Assembly (NCBI GenBank): GCA_040285825.1
Contig: JAUPSS010000001.1
Location: 3,472,001 to 3,536,000, forward strand
Length of the DNA stretch: 64,000 nucleotides
Origin: Eukaryota sp. TZLM1-RC
Lineage: Eukaryota > Protista > Metamonada: BaSk clade
Reading direction: 5' to 3'
Below, in pieces: positions 61,312-64,000 of this stretch (its first letter is position 1; each line of letters starts with the position of its first letter). The notes under the pieces are model-generated. The model did not search any database. It had not been told where the DNA came from and saw only the letters and a list, made by a program, of their open reading frames with translations. The position numbers were made by a program, and so were the translations under genes.

Positions 61312-64000
61312 TTTTTTTTTTTTAAAAAATTTAATTTTTATTCTAAAACCTATAAATCAACATCTAAAAATCCATCTCTCCCAAAAACAAAAAAACACTA
61401 GATGCAACTCTCTCATAGTGAGATCCAAGAGAAAAGCAAAAGCATCAGAAACCATCTTCAACATCCCCTTAAAAATAGAGAACACAATTCTATTTTTGCC
61501 AAAACAATCTGTTGAAATTTCTGCCAGTTCTTCTCTTTACAATCATTTCAAAATCATCCAAAAAAACGTAAAAGCAGTTGGTGCAAGTGAACCAAAAAGG
61601 GAAAAATACAAATGGATACAAATTGTATTTTTTGCATGCTGTAGACTGGCTGATTTGGACAAAGGTTCATTGTATTTTTTTGAATTTAAAATTTTTCAGC
61701 ATTTGAAAGGGATTATGAATTTCAGAATTAACAAGCCTTTCATTTTGAGGCATTACAAGGATCAACAGACATTACATCCAATAAAATGAAGCTTCCATCT
61801 AATCCAGGTAATATGACATCACCTCTATTATTCTTATGAAAAATCATTTTTCAGCATCAAACAGATTTGACAACAAAGGTTCCAAGAAGGATTCAATTCT
61901 ATGAGATTTACACATACAATATAACTGGTCTCTTACAGCATCATGAACCTTGCTTCTAAAAGTAATAAAATGTTTACAATTTAACAAATGAGTAGTTGTA
62001 ATTTCTCGAGAACATTTTACAAATTAAATTATGAGGTAAATTATCAGGCCAGATAAAGGAACGAAAATCTCATATTCAGAGTCCAAGCAGAATCGGATAA
62101 GAGAGTACCATAAACTTGTGGAATTGTTGTTACTAAGGCAGAAGAAGTACTGTCACACATATCTTGTAAAAGATTTGCAAAAAGCGGGATTCTTTTTCTT
62201 GGCCAAGCCAAGTCTAACATCAAAATCCAAGCTTTCAAAAATCTTTGACAATTTTTTTGTTGAAGCTTTTTACAGCAAAACTGTAAATTAAATAGAGATC
62301 GGTTTGGAATTTCTTGAATTGATTGAGGAAAACATTTGGTCCAAATTTGTGGCGGTAATTTTTTTCAAGTTCACAAGATAACTCATACAAATAGGGACTA
62401 CAATTGGGGACTAACAGATGAGAATCATCAGGAAATCTACGAGAAAATTCATAAATAAAAATTTTTTTGCCACCACCCAAGAATGCTGATTGACACAAAA
62501 ATTGAAGATTTAGTAAAATCCAATACCCCCCAAATTTGCTGAAGAAAATAAAATGGCTTTTTCAACATTCCTGGTTCTACATCCAATAAATCAGCAAAAA
62601 AATTCTGTTCTCAATGAATTAAAAGAACGACAAAAATCTAATGCTATGGAAGGAGCACAAGATCTCAAAATGTGGGTTATTCTCCCAGTGTAGCAAATTT
62701 TTTAAGCATAAAAAAATTTTAATATGCTTTTTCTATATCTAAAGAAGAAATTGAATCAAGTTCAATTTTTCATTTTTCCAAAAATAACTTGCAATTCATT
62801 CTGAATTTGAGGCACATTTCTAACCAACAACCAAGGAACTTAAAAAGCATCACTACTATAATTAGTAAAAGGGACAATAGAATCGTTTATCACGAGGTCT
62901 TGAGCAGAAGAGCCAATCAGAAGGCATTTGCTGGCATTAAGATGAAGCCCAATATTTTTCATATGAATCGGCAATTTCTTGAGCAACCAATTCTAGTAAA
63001 TCAAATGAACCAATCAAGGATATATCATCCATATAAGCAACTATTTTTTTATAGAAGGGTATTTTTTTGCTTAATGATATTTAAAAGTTTTGTGAATAGC
63101 CAAACAAAACAATAATGGACCTAAAGGGTCACCTTGCTTCACACCAGAAGATGATTTAAGAGCAAATGAATTAAAAATTAAATCTGATTCTTTACCATAA
63201 AAATGGTAGAAAAAAACTCGATAGCTCAGGAAAATCAGATTTTAATAACTTCAAAAATTGCTTCTCGCTTTACAGAATTAAAAAGCATTTTTTTAAAGTC
63301 GAGATTAAAAAAATAAAAATTATTTTTCCTCTGCATTAAAAAAAGGTATCAGAGGCAATAGCAGCAACAGAAGCACCATCAATTGTGTTGATTCCAAATT
63401 GATGAGGATTCAAAAAAATGTAGAGGCTTTTGTCTTTGACACGATCGAAGACAATTGATGCCAGCAAACGAGAAAGAGATTCACCAACAGCAATTGGGCG
63501 TATTCCATCAGGTTTGATTCCGTTTCCAGGCTTTTACTAAAAGCAATCAGACGTGCTGCGAGCAATTCAAATGGAGGATTATTTTCAAAACAATTAATTG
63601 TTGAAAATAGTGGGCTAGATCATCAGCAATTTCGGGAGCACTGGAACACGCTATTTTTAAGAGATCAAAAGAAATTCCAGATGGGCCTGCTGCTTTCCCC
63701 TTAGGTAATTTTTGAATAGCTTTAAGAACCTCAATTGCAGTAATAGGATTTTTCAATCCAAAAGGACACACTTCAGGCTTGCTGCACTTGAAATTTTTCT
63801 TGAGGATGCAACTTTTGGAGTTTTTCAAGGGTATCAGAGTTTACATCAGCCAAAGAAGAGGAAAACAAAGACTGCTTTGCGGCACCATAACGACCACGTA
63901 AGCACAATTTTTCGGCAAATTTTTGATTTTACAATTTTTTTCTATTTCCAAATTTTTTTCTTAAAAACAATTTTTTTGTTTTTCTAGCAAAAATATTTCC
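61312..64000 (-). mobile_element. Family A element running off the window end
   Basis: Collinear with 49920-52570. Confidence 0.87.

Larger units (their letters stand above)
38624..64000. repeat. Direct tandem array, unit ~11.3 kb (38624-49919, 49920-61311, partial 61312-end)
   Basis: Order A-, C-, B-, E, F, A, F, G, F, B repeated with identical junctions; B ATG 48037/59402. Confidence 0.9.

Noticed and set aside
1-64000. Drosophila-like retrotransposon telomere or telomere-repeat targeting
   Set aside because: Orientations are mixed, insertions are internal with TSDs, and no telomeric repeats were seen
1-64000. Prokaryotic RT systems (retron, DGR, group II intron, CRISPR-RT)
   Set aside because: A tails, TSDs, 5' truncations and the RLE domain indicate eukaryotic non-LTR elements; no arrays, template/variable repeats or accessory genes are visible

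Overview
The window is AT-rich eukaryotic DNA made almost entirely of non-LTR retrotransposons of one type. Each has a single ORF of about 1000-1120 aa with an N-terminal CCHC knuckle and C4 finger, a reverse transcriptase (RPIAVGE, DFxNAFNS, QGDPLGP, Y[M/A]DD), and a C-terminal CCHC plus restriction-like endonuclease (RLE). The motif set best fits the CRE/SLACS/Cnl1/MoTeR clade. I see no host gene, rRNA, tRNA, telomeric repeat or spliced-leader repeat. At least seven families can be told apart by their C-termini (my labels A, B, C, D, F, G, H), plus unlinked internal fragments E and J. Full-length or reconstructable copies are C (51-3126, minus), A (16845-20326 plus; 38624-42122 and 49920-53436 minus), B (23037-26449; 20329-30504 split) and D (22670-29433 split). 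The elements are nested Russian-doll style with 7-17 bp target-site duplications (TSDs) and no fixed target sequence. One C copy is spread over 12542-44091. Junctions show classic twin priming, head-to-head joins of two different cDNAs, and head-to-tail joins between families. The nest was then amplified by tandem duplications of about 5.6, 2.8 and 11.3 kb whose breakpoints lie inside family A copies. The families share a 5' oligo(T)-CTCCCTCC terminus and an acidic/aromatic C-terminal tail, and A and B share a swapped 5' module with a covarying stem over the start codon. Most frameshifts are homopolymer indels that increase after about 38 kb and are probably sequencing errors. Family labels and clade assignment come from motif reading only; no database search was run.
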